Part shown: one piece after another, positions 1 through 9,519 of the stretch
Position numbering within the stretch: the first letter of the stretch is position 1
How the letters are laid out: each line of letters starts with the position of its first letter
Origin: Chrysochromulina tobinii
Taxonomy: Eukaryota
Assembly: GCA_001275005.1 (NCBI GenBank)
Contig: JWZX01003249.1
Location: 45,721 to 65,720, forward strand
Reading direction: 5' to 3'
Length of the DNA: 20,000 bases
The notes under the pieces: generated by a model
The model's database searches: none
The model's input: only the letters and a program-made list of their open reading frames with translations
Told to the model about the DNA's origin: nothing
Translations under genes and position numbers: made by a program

Positions 1-3000
1 GGCAGAGCCGTTGTCGGACGCGTCCGCCTTGGCGCGGCAGAAGGGGCACTTGCCGTTCTTCATCACGGCAAGCTCCCAATCCTCCTCGTGGAAAAAATGG
101 TTACACTCGTGGCAGCAGACGACGGGCACGTCGGGCAGCATGTTGCGGAAGAACTCGAGCGGGCGCGCGCTCGTCGGCCACTGGAGCACAAAGACGTCCG
201 CGGCGGACATCTGAAGCATCATCTCACGCGAGGCGATCGTGGGTGTGAAGCGGCCGGTCGGCTCAAACTCGAGCATCGCCTTTGTGAACGGGTCGTCAAT
301 GTCGACGACGCCCGCCGCCTCGGCCGCCTGTGCGTCGCCCGCGAGCGAGAGCGTCTGCACATCGGGCCCGTCGTTGCCCCACGGGTTGTCGGGCCCGCGT
401 GGGCGCGAAAGCTTGCGCGGCGGTGGTTCGCGGCGCAGCAGCGTCAGAGCCTCCATCTGCGTCATGTCGCGCGATGGTGTGAAGCGCACTAGCGGCAGCA
501 GCTCGAAGTTGACGAAGCTGCGGATACACGGGTGGCCGCACGCAGTGCATTTGTCGCCGTTTTGGTTGAGCAGCGGGTTGATCGTCTGGCATCGGAAGCA
601 CGAGGGCTGCAGCTCGTCCGCATCATTGGGCGGACGCGCGCGGATCGAGAGCGCGAACAAGTCCACCGGCTCGAACCACGCGGGCGGCACCTTGAACGTG
701 TTGAGCTTCTCGAGCGCAAAGCGCGCAAGGCGGTTGGCGCCGAGCGCCTTCGACTGCTTGGCGAGCGCGAAAAGGCAGTAGGCCTTCGACACGCCAAACG
801 GTGCGGGCTCACGGAGCAGCTGGGCGAGGAGAGTGCGCGAGATGTTGAAGACGGTGTCCGGCGTGAGCGCGGTGAACGGCTCGTCCGTGTACTTATGGAT
901 CGAGTTGTACGCGTAGTACTGCTCGGACATACGCCGGCAACGATCGAACTCTCGCAGCACCTCGGGGCCTGGGCGCTCGGGCGCGGCGGCGAGGGTCTCC
1001 GTGGCGAGCACCCACAGGTAGTGGCCCGCGTCTTGGTACCGGTGCTCGAGGACGGCATTGTGGATGAGCGTGCGCAGCATCTCGAGCGACTTGGGCCCCT
1101 CGCCTGCCTGCTTGAAGGCCTCCTGGGCCTCCTCGAACCGGTCTGCGCCGATCAGCCACTGCGCATACGGCAGGTAGACCTTGGGAGCCAGCTTCGGGTG
1201 CTGCTCGATGAGCTTGAGGGCCTCATCCCACTGGCAGTGGTCCACCTGCAGGGTGAGCAACCCCTCGACGTCGCCCAGCTTGAGGAAGATATCCTTGGCG
1301 TGCCCGACCGCGGCGGGCTGCTGGATGCCGGCTGCCTTTTTGAGCTTGCTCATGAAACCACCCACCTTGAGCGCGCCCCCGAGCGAGATGGCCGGGGGCG
1401 GCGGCGGGGGCGGGGCTTCCTTGGCCGCCTTGCTCAGATATGCGAGGCACGCGCGCAGCTCGGCAGCCTGCGTCTTCGGGTCGAGCGTCTTGGACACGTC
1501 GGCAAGCTGGTCGTACCAGCCCTTACCGCCAAGGATGTGAATCGCCTTAATGATCTCGCCCGCCGCGATGTAGGTCTGGTACGCGACGGACGTGTCGTTG
1601 GTCTCCTCCGCCCACCTCGCCTGCCGCTTGACGAGCTCCTGCGCGGCCTCGGGGCTGGCTGAGTGAGCGTACTGGCGCGCTTCTTCCCACTTGCGCAGGT
1701 CCGAGTACATGTCGATCGCCCGCTCGACGCGGTTCGCCTTGCAGAAGAGCCGGGCGGCCTCCTGCAGCTTGCCCTGGTATGCGAGCACGGTCGCGATGAG
1801 CACCTGGTCGTCATGGCCAGGCTGGCGCCGCTCTGCCTCGAGGCGCGTGATGAGGTCGAGGTAGCGCGTGTCGCGCAGCCGCACGTACGCCTTGCGCGAC
1901 ACGTCGAGGGCGAGCGCCTTGAGCGACTCCTGCGCGAGCTGCTTCCAGTCGGCGTCCGTCACGCCGAGGCAAGCGACCATGTACGCACCGGCAAAGTCAC
2001 GCTTCTCAATGTAACGGTATAGAGTGGCCGACTGGGGCACGTCGATCGCCTGCAGCGCCACGTAGTTGAGCCCGTAGATGCGCGAGCCCTTGAACCCCAC
2101 GACGACGCCCTGCATGCGCTGCTGGTGTACGGGGAACGAGCCGGTTTTGATCGAGAGCGTGCCGTGCCCGCTGAAACAGAGCATGTCCGGCACCTCGGTG
2201 TTCCACACGACGGCCTCGGCGTTCTGCTCCTCAGCAAGCGTCGCGCCGGTGAGCAGGTCGTACACGACGAGCGCCGCGTGGTCGTCCACAATGGCGAGCT
2301 TGTCGCGATGCATCGAGAGATCGAGACAGCGGATGGGCGCCGTGTGCTTGATGAGCGGCACCGGGAAAGGGTTGTCGATGAAGATCTGGACGACGGTGCC
2401 GTCGGCGCATCCCGCGACGAGGCCCTCGCGCCCCGGCGGGCCGCCCACGGGCTTGATGTACCGAATCACGTCCTCGAGCACCCACTCGCGCTCGCGCACG
2501 TTGGTGAGCGAGTAGAGTTGCAGCTTCTTCTCGACGCAGAGCAGAAAGTGTTGGGAGGTCACCACGAGCAGGTTGCAGTCGACGTCGAGCTGTAGGCGCT
2601 CGACGGGCCGGTACGCGATTTCGCCACCCGCCTCGTCGGCCGAGAGCTCGTAGATGAGCAGCCGATCGGGCAGCTGCACCGCCAGTCTCTCCTTGTAGAT
2701 CGCGATCTTACGCACATACGAGCGGCACTTGATGCGCACCTTGGACTCCGTCACCATGTTCTGCACGACCACGTCGGTCATGTACTCGCGGTACGCGTAG
2801 CGCTCGCGGTAGAGGCCGTGCACCGTCAAAAACTTGAGCTGGTACAGCGAGATCGTGCCGTCGTTGCAGCCGATGGCCACGTGATTCGCGTTCGGACGCG
2901 GCACGCAGCACCATACCCAGTCATCACGCTCGGCGATCGTCGTCAGACGAACACCCTCTTTAGTCCAAAGGGTGGCCTTACGGTCAGAGCCGCCGACGCA

Positions 3001-3714
3001 CAGGTACTCGCCGTTGGCGAAGTACGAGATGCACGCCGGGTCGTGCCCGAGCGCGCGGTCCTTGCCGTGCTGCGCGCCCGTTACGTCGTAAAACGAGAGC
3101 GTCTGGTCCCAGCATCCGACCGCGAGCAAGTTGGGGCTTTCGTCGCGCGACGGGTTCCACGCGAGCGACCAGATGGCCGCCTTGCGCTCAATGGAGGTTT
3201 TCTCCTTGCCTGCCTTGTCGCGGATAGATATGCTGCCGTCGAACATGCCGAGCGTGAGGACCGTTCCGTCCACGGTCCAGCTCATGCAGCAGATGCGCGA
3301 CGACACCTTATGCTTCGCCACCGACTTTTGCTCGGGCGACCAGAGCCCGAAGTCGCTCGCGGTGCCCGAGGCGAGCTGCTGCGTGACCGGGTTATACGAG
3401 AGGCACTGGATCGCGTCATTGTGGCTGTACTTGAGGATACCCTCCGCCTTGTTCGTCCAGATGATGATTGTCTTGTCCTCGCCACCAGACGCGAAGCGCT
3501 TGCCGTCTTTGGCGTACGCGACGCAGTAGAGCGTCTTCTTGTGGCCTTTGAGAGAGTGCAGCAGATCGCCATCGATGCAATCGTACATGAGCACGCGGCT
3601 CCCACACGCGGCGACGAGCTGCTTGCCGTCTGGACTGAAGGCGATGTCATAGATGCACGACTTGACCCCATCGCGCTCCGGCACCTTGTCCGACCAGGCG
3701 ACGAGAGCGCGCAT
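1..3714 (-). CDS. IFT122: Intraflagellar transport protein 122 (IFT-A core, WD40 + TPR-like + C-terminal Zn finger); 3' end runs just off the window
   Basis: Manual translation from the ATG at 3714 gives MRALVAWSDKVPERDGVKSCIYDIAFSPDGKQLVAACGSRVLMYDCIDGDLLHSLKGHKKTLYCVAYAKDGKRFASGGEDKTIIIWTNKAEGILKYSHNDAIQCLSYNPVTQQLASG, matching the IFT122 N-terminus. The same frame at the window start reads CHECNHFFHEEDWELAVMKNGKCPFCR, the IFT122 C-terminal Zn finger. 1238 codons in one frame suggests no introns. The ORF track omits it because no stop lies inside the window. Confidence 0.96.
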   Translation of the reverse strand, partial: MRALVAWSDKVPERDGVKSCIYDIAFSPDGKQLVAACGSRVLMYDCIDGDLLHSLKGHKKTLYCVAYAKDGKRFASGGEDKTIIIWTNKAEGILKYSHNDAIQCLSYNPVTQQLASGTASDFGLWSPEQKSVAKHKVSSRICCMSWTVDGTVLTLGMFDGSISIRDKAGKEKTSIERKAAIWSLAWNPSRDESPNLLAVGCWDQTLSFYDVTGAQHGKDRALGHDPACISYFANGEYLCVGGSDRKATLWTKEGVRLTTIAERDDWVWCCVPRPNANHVAIGCNDGTISLYQLKFLTVHGLYRERYAYREYMTDVVVQNMVTESKVRIKCRSYVRKIAIYKERLAVQLPDRLLIYELSADEAGGEIAYRPVERLQLDVDCNLLVVTSQHFLLCVEKKLQLYSLTNVREREWVLEDVIRYIKPVGGPPGREGLVAGCADGTVVQIFIDNPFPVPLIKHTAPIRCLDLSMHRDKLAIVDDHAALVVYDLLTGATLAEEQNAEAVVWNTEVPDMLCFSGHGTLSIKTGSFPVHQQRMQGVVVGFKGSRIYGLNYVALQAIDVPQSATLYRYIEKRDFAGAYMVACLGVTDADWKQLAQESLKALALDVSRKAYVRLRDTRYLDLITRLEAERRQPGHDDQVLIATVLAYQGKLQEAARLFCKANRVERAIDMYSDLRKWEEARQYAHSASPEAAQELVKRQARWAEETNDTSVAYQTYIAAGEIIKAIHILGGKGWYDQLADVSKTLDPKTQAAELRACLAYLSKAAKEAPPPPPPPAISLGGALKVGGFMSKLKKAAGIQQPAAVGHAKDIFLKLGDVEGLLTLQVDHCQWDEALKLIEQHPKLAPKVYLPYAQWLIGADRFEEAQEAFKQAGEGPKSLEMLRTLIHNAVLEHRYQDAGHYLWVLATETLAAAPERPGPEVLREFDRCRRMSEQYYAYNSIHKYTDEPFTALTPDTVFNISRTLLAQLLREPAPFGVSKAYCLFALAKQSKALGANRLARFALEKLNTFKVPPAWFEPVDLFALSIRARPPNDADELQPSCFRCQTINPLLNQNGDKCTACGHPCIRSFVNFELLPLVRFTPSRDMTQMEALTLLRREPPPRKLSRPRGPDNPWGNDGPDVQTLSLAGDAQAAEAAGVVDIDDPFTKAMLEFEPTGRFTPTIASREMMLQMSAADVFVLQWPTSARPLEFFRNMLPDVPVVCCHECNHFFHEEDWELAVMKNGKCPFCRAKADASDNGSA

Positions 3715-3915
3715 CGCGGCAGAGGCGACGACGCCCGAGGGACACGGTGGTCTTCGGTGGCCGAGCGGACGCGACGGGAGCGCGGGCGGTGGCCCGACAG
3801 AACCAGCGGCTCCGGCAGCAAAGAGCGTTGCCCACTCGCGTCTAATCTTACTGGAAAATGAATTTCCGCGAGACGCCAAGGGGCTGGCCCTTGAGAAGCC
3901 GCTGCATTCATGGAG

Positions 3916-3973
3916 AAAAGTCAAGTCAAGTCACTTCATAAACAACAGATTGAAGTGACTTCACTTGACTTTT
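3916..3973. repeat. Inverted repeat built from AAGTC units (23-bp arms, 1 mismatch, 12-nt loop)
   Basis: aaaagtcaagtcaagtcacttca (3916-3938) pairs with tgaagtgacttcacttgactttt (3951-3973). It lies in the divergent intergenic region between IFT122 and the ARM gene. Confidence 0.85.
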
Positions 3974-4185
3974 GACTTGAGTCCGCGTGTGGAGGCTCTC
4001 GGAACGGAATTAAATCTGTGACGGTGTCAAATCCGAACACTACGTGCACATGTGAATGGTCATGCTGAGGGACTCACAAATTGTGCCGTTTCTTCGAAAC
4101 AAATTAGGTTTGTGTGGAGGCGCGGCGGCGTTTCGTCTTTGGCGAAGCATGGCAGCGCACTGGTGAAGCGCTTCGAATCGACACG

Positions 4186-5037
4186 ATGCAGAAGAAGAAA
4201 AAGGAGGCGAAGAAGAAGGAACCGGACCCTGAGCTTGCGGCGGCACTCGCCGGGCTCCAGGACGACCCGAACATGCCGACGAGCTCCGACGGCAAAGCGG
4301 CGGCGGCCTTTGCGCTTGGCAGCCTTTTGAGTTGCTCGGATGTGTTCAGGCAGGATGCAATCGCCGCCGGCTGCCTCGTTCCACTCGTGACCATGCTCGA
4401 GAAGGGCACAGAACGCGAAAAGGAGGCCGCGGCATTCGCGCTGCGCGGCCTCTCCACGAATATGTGTGTGTACACTCTCCGCGGCATGCCTTTTGCAGGT
4501 AAGTTGTCCCCTTCGACGTATCCGGTGGTCGGTGACAGCCCGACGGCGATCGTAAGCGCCAACGCCGTCGCGCCGTTGGTCGCGCTGCTGCAAAGGGACG
4601 GCACGACTTGTGCCCAGAAGGAGCATGCTGCTGCGGCGCTGTGCAACATCTCCACAAAGGCGCCGTTTCGAGCCGCAATCGCCGCGGCAGGCGCCATCGT
4701 GCCTTTGGTTGAGCTCATTCGCAAAGGGCCGGAAGACGTGGCGGCTGCTGCGGCCTTCGCGATCGGAAGCCTCGCGTTTGGTTCCGCGGCCAACCGAGCC
4801 CAAATCATGGACGCCGACGGACGAAGATGGCTAGAGGCCTTGCTCGCGCGTGAGGTCGTTGATGGCATCGACATTGAGAAGCGGCAGAGAATCGTCGCGT
4901 ACGCGCTGGGGGAGCTGGATCCCCACGTCGTGGCAGCGCGCGAGAAGGCGAAGGCGGACGTGTTGGCAGCGGCGGCGGAGGCGGCGAGAGCTGGCGATGA
5001 TGGCAAGAAGGATGCAAAGAAGGGAAAGAAAAAGTAG
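4186..5037 (+). CDS. Armadillo-repeat protein (Vac8/U-box ARM-like), 283 aa, Lys-rich termini
   Basis: Repeated ARM consensus: IAAGCLVPLVTMLEKGTEREKEAAAFALRGLS, IVSANAVAPLVALLQRDG..QKEHAAAALCNIS, IAAAGAIVPLVELIRKG..AAAAAFAIGSLA. First in-frame ATG is at 4186. Confidence 0.85.
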   Translation: MQKKKKEAKKKEPDPELAAALAGLQDDPNMPTSSDGKAAAAFALGSLLSCSDVFRQDAIAAGCLVPLVTMLEKGTEREKEAAAFALRGLSTNMCVYTLRGMPFAGKLSPSTYPVVGDSPTAIVSANAVAPLVALLQRDGTTCAQKEHAAAALCNISTKAPFRAAIAAAGAIVPLVELIRKGPEDVAAAAAFAIGSLAFGSAANRAQIMDADGRRWLEALLAREVVDGIDIEKRQRIVAYALGELDPHVVAAREKAKADVLAAAAEAARAGDDGKKDAKKGKKK

Positions 5038-5752
5038 CGTAATTAAAGTTTAAACGTGTAGGACTGCCGCGAGCCTCAGTCGACGTATACGTCGCGGTTC
5101 CGACTTGTCCGTCTGTAAGACCTTTCTTGGATATATACAAATTCAAATCACACAGTCTTTATCAGCATATACGATATAGCGGCTCAGATCGGTTGAGATC
5201 GCATTAGGACGCTTTTGACTTTTATATTAAATGTCTAAAATCTAATCCGCATACCGCGAGCTACCGGGGATTCACGAGCAGCCACACGTCGGGGGCGAGA
5301 GCGAGCAACAGACACGACATTCACATTCACGTCCATTCACGCACATGCAGCCGCTTCAAACCACAATGGCGGGTACCAGGCGCGGGGGCGGTTTCGAGAT
5401 GGGCGCCATACAGCGGCCCATGGAGCATGTGTGGTGCGGCTTCACTTTAGCTTCACTTGTGAGAAGGTCTTTTGGCGTGATGCTCAAGCAAGCAAGCTAG
5501 TTAGTCGAAAACAACACAAGTACACCTAAACGAGCGCAATCGAATACCCCTGTAACCAGCGGAGTAGGAAAGGGTGGGCGGAGAAGATGATATGATGCTC
5601 AAGATGTGGCGGCTGGCGGATGAGGTGTGTTTTTTGAGAAATGAAACAATCTTGATGCAATGCGTTTGGTCAACTTTTGGAGCGTTTTGGGGGATGCGCA
5701 CCACATATGAGATCGGATTCTTCGCGGGTTTTTCGCGCAAGGATTCGCCTTG

Positions 5753-6949
5753 ATGCACTTGATGGTTGTTGCAGGCCTGGTTGCTGCCTTCAACCCGAGC
5801 GTGACTCCGCTGTCCCATCATCCTGAGATGCGCCGAGGGTCGGGTGCCGTGGCGACGATCGCCCTTGGCAAGCCCGATGAGCCGCTGGTCTCGGTGCCCC
5901 CCCCAGCGCTGATCGCTGCCAACCCCCCGGACCCCGCATTGGGCGAGGCGCGACTGTCCAGCTTTTTGGGCATGCCCACACTGTACCCATCGATCGCCCT
6001 TGCAGCTGCCTTTGTTTCCGTCGCCGTGCATTTGCTAAGCCAAGTTGCGGGCTTCAACGGACTCAAGCTCATCGTTGCGGGCGCAATAGCAGGCGTCATA
6101 TCGCGCACCGCTTGCGCGCCGATCGAGATGGTCGCGACGCTCATGATGTGCAGCGGCGGCGACAGCAAAGGTATGTTGCCTGAATTGAAGGATGCGTGGC
6201 GAAAGGATGGCATGCGTGGGCTCTTCAAGGGCAACGGCGCCAACTGCTTGAAGGTGGCGCCGCAGCGTGGCACGCAGTTTCTTGTGTACGAGAGTGCCAA
6301 GAGGATGCTCGCCGAGAATGGATGGTTTGGCATCGTGGCAGGCGCGCCGCTTCCCGCGGGCGCTCGCCTTCTCGCCGGTGGCATCGCGGGCATGTGCGCG
6401 GCCGTCATCGTGTACCCTCTCGAAGTCATCAAGACGCTGCGCACCGTCTACCCGGAGCAGTGCACCGGCATTGACGAGACCTTCCGTTGCGTCATGAAGT
6501 TCGGCGGGATCAGGAGCTTCTACGCGGGCCTCACTCCGACGCTCTTTGCTATGTTCCCTTACGTCGGCTTCGAGTTCATGGTGTACGAGACGCTCAAGAA
6601 GCACGTCATGGCCAGCACGGGCTTGACACAGATCAGCGTGGTCGCCCAGCTGTGCATCGGCGCGCTCGCGGGCGCCGCCGGCCAAGCGTCGGCGCATCCG
6701 CTCGACGTGGTGCGTCGCCGGATGCAGATGGCCTTCCTGCAGAAGAAGGGCATGGTGAAGGCCAAAGTGGGCGACGAGAAGAAGGTGCCGATCACCAACA
6801 TGATCCAGGGGCTCTATTCGATAGGCAAGTACGAGGGACTCCCGATGCTTTTCCGCGGCCTCGGCCCCGCATGCCTCGAAAAGGTGCCCTCGACGGCGAT
6901 TGGCTACGTCATCTACGAGGCCATGAAGGCGACTCTGGGCGTCGCCTAA
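5753..6949 (+). CDS. Mitochondrial carrier family (SLC25) transporter, possibly adenine nucleotide/CoA type (BT1-like), with an N-terminal targeting extension
   Basis: Three carrier repeats with PxE/D signatures: AGAIAGVISRTACAPIE, GGIAGMCAAVIVYPLEVIKT, GALAGAAGQASAHPLDVVRRRMQ. Also GLFKGNGANCLKVAP, FYAGLTPTL and LFRGLGP. ATG at 5753. Confidence 0.93.
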   Translation: MHLMVVAGLVAAFNPSVTPLSHHPEMRRGSGAVATIALGKPDEPLVSVPPPALIAANPPDPALGEARLSSFLGMPTLYPSIALAAAFVSVAVHLLSQVAGFNGLKLIVAGAIAGVISRTACAPIEMVATLMMCSGGDSKGMLPELKDAWRKDGMRGLFKGNGANCLKVAPQRGTQFLVYESAKRMLAENGWFGIVAGAPLPAGARLLAGGIAGMCAAVIVYPLEVIKTLRTVYPEQCTGIDETFRCVMKFGGIRSFYAGLTPTLFAMFPYVGFEFMVYETLKKHVMASTGLTQISVVAQLCIGALAGAAGQASAHPLDVVRRRMQMAFLQKKGMVKAKVGDEKKVPITNMIQGLYSIGKYEGLPMLFRGLGPACLEKVPSTAIGYVIYEAMKATLGVA

Positions 6950-7444
6950 GGCGGCAGCTTGCTGCGGCGCACGACGGCGACTGGGCCCAAGGTAGCCCCA
7001 CAGATCCCGCGTGCCAGTCCCTTGGGATGGTCCCCAGGGATGGGGCACGCGGCGGTAAGGGCGGAGTGTCAATCGTGGCAAGGCCAAGCGGACGTTGGCG
7101 TTGGATGCGGACAAGAGCACGTGGATGACGCGCGTGGCATCGGAGCATCAGAAGTTATTCGGAAGGCTTGCCACCGTCAGTGTGGCGGGTTGACGGTTAG
7201 CTATAATACCGCTTCCACGGCTAACAAACTCAACACCCACTGGCGCACACAGCTCACTCACGACAGAACGCACCGTCTAACTAAATAGCGGACACCAAAA
7301 ACCAAAAAAAACGGAGGGATGTCAGATGACGGCGCACCTCCGCCGGCGGCGCTCCGGTTCGTGCGGGCGGACTGACATCAGACATGCGTCGCGTGGCGTA
7401 CTCGCGTTCGGCCCCATGTGTGGATGTGACCGAGATGAGTTCTT

Positions 7445-9439
7445 TCATTCATCGAGAAAGTCGAGTGGTGTTTGAGTGGATTCCGGCTCTTCGTATTCTT
7501 CGAAGATGACTTGGGGCGTGCTTGGGACGAAGTTTGCATCCCAGCCGGGAACATCCCATCCGAAGGTTGCGTCCCAACCTTGCGCCCCACGCACTTGATG
7601 GGGTGCTGCCAACTTGCTGAGGCCTCCGGGGGCCAGCATCTGCACGCCGAAGTTCTCTAGCCGCTTGAAGGTGGCGGTGGGGTTGGTGGAGCAGCTCTTG
7701 CTGTCTGGATCGAGATACTTGTCCACTGCTCTGACTCCTCCATCATTGTCTTTGCTCTCTTTGAGATCGACCCCTGCCATCAGCTCCGTCGCTTCGGGCC
7801 CCATCGGCTCGGCGGACAGGCCGACGAGCTTGAGGGCCTCGCTTAGGCACTTGTTGGAGTCTTCCCAGCAGTCCTCGGACTGCAGCTGGGCGTCGGTGTG
7901 GTCCTTCGAAAAGGTCTGGAACATGTCCAAGGGGCGCGGGAGGCTGCAGTCAAACTCTGTGCCGGCATCGTCAAAACGGTGGAAGTTGGAGAATTGCCTG
8001 TGGAGCTCGTCTCGCTGGTACGCGATCGTCGTGATCTTGGGGTTCTGCTCAAACGACATGAGCGCGTCTTTCCACGCCGTCATCGCCTTTACGTTGATCG
8101 CTTCCTCGCAGGACGAAAAGGCCACGTCGTCCTTCGTGTGATGTGTGGGCGTTCGTCCGTTGACGTAGTTCGGGAACATCTTGAGGGAGATTGTGCAGTT
8201 TGAAGGGGGGCAGACGTCTGCGGGAACCTCCTTGCAGATGAGATCATGAATACGGACAAAGTAGTCGGCGAGATCGTATGTTAGACCCTCGTACAACGAG
8301 CGAACGTTCACGCCGGTAGCCACTTGGAGCTTTCCGAGCTTCAAGCTCTTCAGCACAGCTTCAATCTTCGTATTGAGCTTGGGGTTGTTTGTGTTCTTAA
8401 GGGTGCCAGTCGAGTCCGTGTCGAAGATGGAGTCAGGCGTCCTCTTGCCGCTGCAGGCTGCCGTCTCGTCGCTCGCTGCCCACAACATCTGCCCCATACC
8501 GAACGGCTCCCCGATGTCCTGAACGCACGGGTGGGTATTGAGCGCATTCGCAAAGTTGGACGTGCCGCTCCCGTGGTCAGAGACGATGACGAGCACCTGC
8601 GCGCGCGCGCCGGTGGCTTCCAGTGAAGGCTTCTTCTCCGCCCAGCCCTTGGGGACAGGTCGTTCCGTCACCACGGGTGCAGGTCGTTCTGTCACCACGG
8701 GTGCAGGTCGTTCCGCCACCATCGGTACAGGCGAGGAAGGCGCGTGCGCAGGCGCAGGGCAGCCGCACGATAATGCGCACGTTGGGTGCATGAACATCGG
8801 GTTGCGATGGCACTCGCCTTCTTGGGCCCACGCGGCGCAAGGCATGTCCTTCGTGTCGCTGCATCCCTCTGCCTTCGGAGTGGCCGTGCTCGGCGTATCG
8901 ACCGAGGTCGGAGTGTTGAGATCTGTGGGGGCCGCCGCCTCTTTGGCCGCCGCCTTCTCGGCGGCCACCTTTTCCGCCGCCGCCTTCTCCGCCGCCGCCT
9001 TCTCGGCCACCGCCTTATCGGCCGCCGCCTTCTCGGCCACCGCCTTCTCGGCCGCCGCCTTCTCGGCCGCCGCCTTCTCGGCCGCCGCCTTCTTGGCTGC
9101 CATGGCCGCCTCCTTAGCTGCCGCCTTAGCTGCCGCTTTCTCGGCCGCCTTCACGGCATCTGCCGCCTCGGTGGCCGTGTTTTCGGCAGTGGTCGAGGGC
9201 GGCGAGGAGTTGCCCTCGGTCGCGGACGGCGCGGTCGAAGTGGTCGAGGCCAACGATTCTTCAGCCAGCTCTTTCCGGATTTCCTGGACAGCAGCACCTT
9301 GATCGGCGGTCAAGTATGTTTGCCGTTGCCGGGAGATGGCCTCTTGCAGCGATGGGGTGGGGTGGAAAGATTCCGCATCAAGATGAGCCCTGTTCGACGT
9401 GAGCGGTGCGGCCAACAAATGGAGCACAAAAAGCCACAT
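7445..9439 (-). CDS. Secreted protein: signal peptide, AAAEK repeat stalk, ShK domain, C-terminal sulfotransferase-like domain
   Basis: 664-aa ORF. Hydrophobic start [15 protein letters not shown]. Six-Cys ShK pattern [35 protein letters not shown] (about 8759-8863). [32 protein letters not shown] resembles the sulfotransferase 5'-PSB loop + HP..GE motif. Confidence 0.8.
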   Translation of the reverse strand: MWLFVLHLLAAPLTSNRAHLDAESFHPTPSLQEAISRQRQTYLTADQGAAVQEIRKELAEESLASTTSTAPSATEGNSSPPSTTAENTATEAADAVKAAEKAAAKAAAKEAAMAAKKAAAEKAAAEKAAAEKAVAEKAAADKAVAEKAAAEKAAAEKVAAEKAAAKEAAAPTDLNTPTSVDTPSTATPKAEGCSDTKDMPCAAWAQEGECHRNPMFMHPTCALSCGCPAPAHAPSSPVPMVAERPAPVVTERPAPVVTERPVPKGWAEKKPSLEATGARAQVLVIVSDHGSGTSNFANALNTHPCVQDIGEPFGMGQMLWAASDETAACSGKRTPDSIFDTDSTGTLKNTNNPKLNTKIEAVLKSLKLGKLQVATGVNVRSLYEGLTYDLADYFVRIHDLICKEVPADVCPPSNCTISLKMFPNYVNGRTPTHHTKDDVAFSSCEEAINVKAMTAWKDALMSFEQNPKITTIAYQRDELHRQFSNFHRFDDAGTEFDCSLPRPLDMFQTFSKDHTDAQLQSEDCWEDSNKCLSEALKLVGLSAEPMGPEATELMAGVDLKESKDNDGGVRAVDKYLDPDSKSCSTNPTATFKRLENFGVQMLAPGGLSKLAAPHQVRGAQGWDATFGWDVPGWDANFVPSTPQVIFEEYEEPESTQTPLDFLDE
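8656..8722 (-). repeat. Coding 24-bp tandem repeat, about 3 copies (VVTERPAP)
   Basis: caggtcgttc[c/t]gtcaccacgggtg is repeated on the + strand. Confidence 0.85.
8933..9150 (-). repeat. Coding 15-bp tandem repeat encoding (AAAEK)n
   Basis: Repeated gccgccgccttctcg units on the + strand; the translation is [25 protein letters not shown]. Confidence 0.9.
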
Positions 9440-9519
9440 TCCTCCGCCTTCCTAAAAAGGCCTTTTAAAAAGGTGTTTTCATAGCTCTTTTGCACGCTCG
9501 AGATAGAGAAAAAGTCCAA

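Noticed and set aside
88..3861. Long + strand ORFs (532-1662, 2818-3861 and others)
   Set aside because: Antisense shadows of IFT122 caused by high GC and codon bias; no recognisable motifs.
4464..4556. Possible small intron in the ARM gene (TTTTGCAG/GTAAGT at ~4491-4504)
   Set aside because: The frame is open through it. Nearby GT-AG pairs give very short or frameshifting introns, so it cannot be supported without RNA data.
4060..9484. Opposite-strand ORFs over the ARM, carrier and ShK genes (4104-5006, 6035-7120, 8538-9302 and others)
   Set aside because: Shadow frames of better-supported genes; low-complexity translations.
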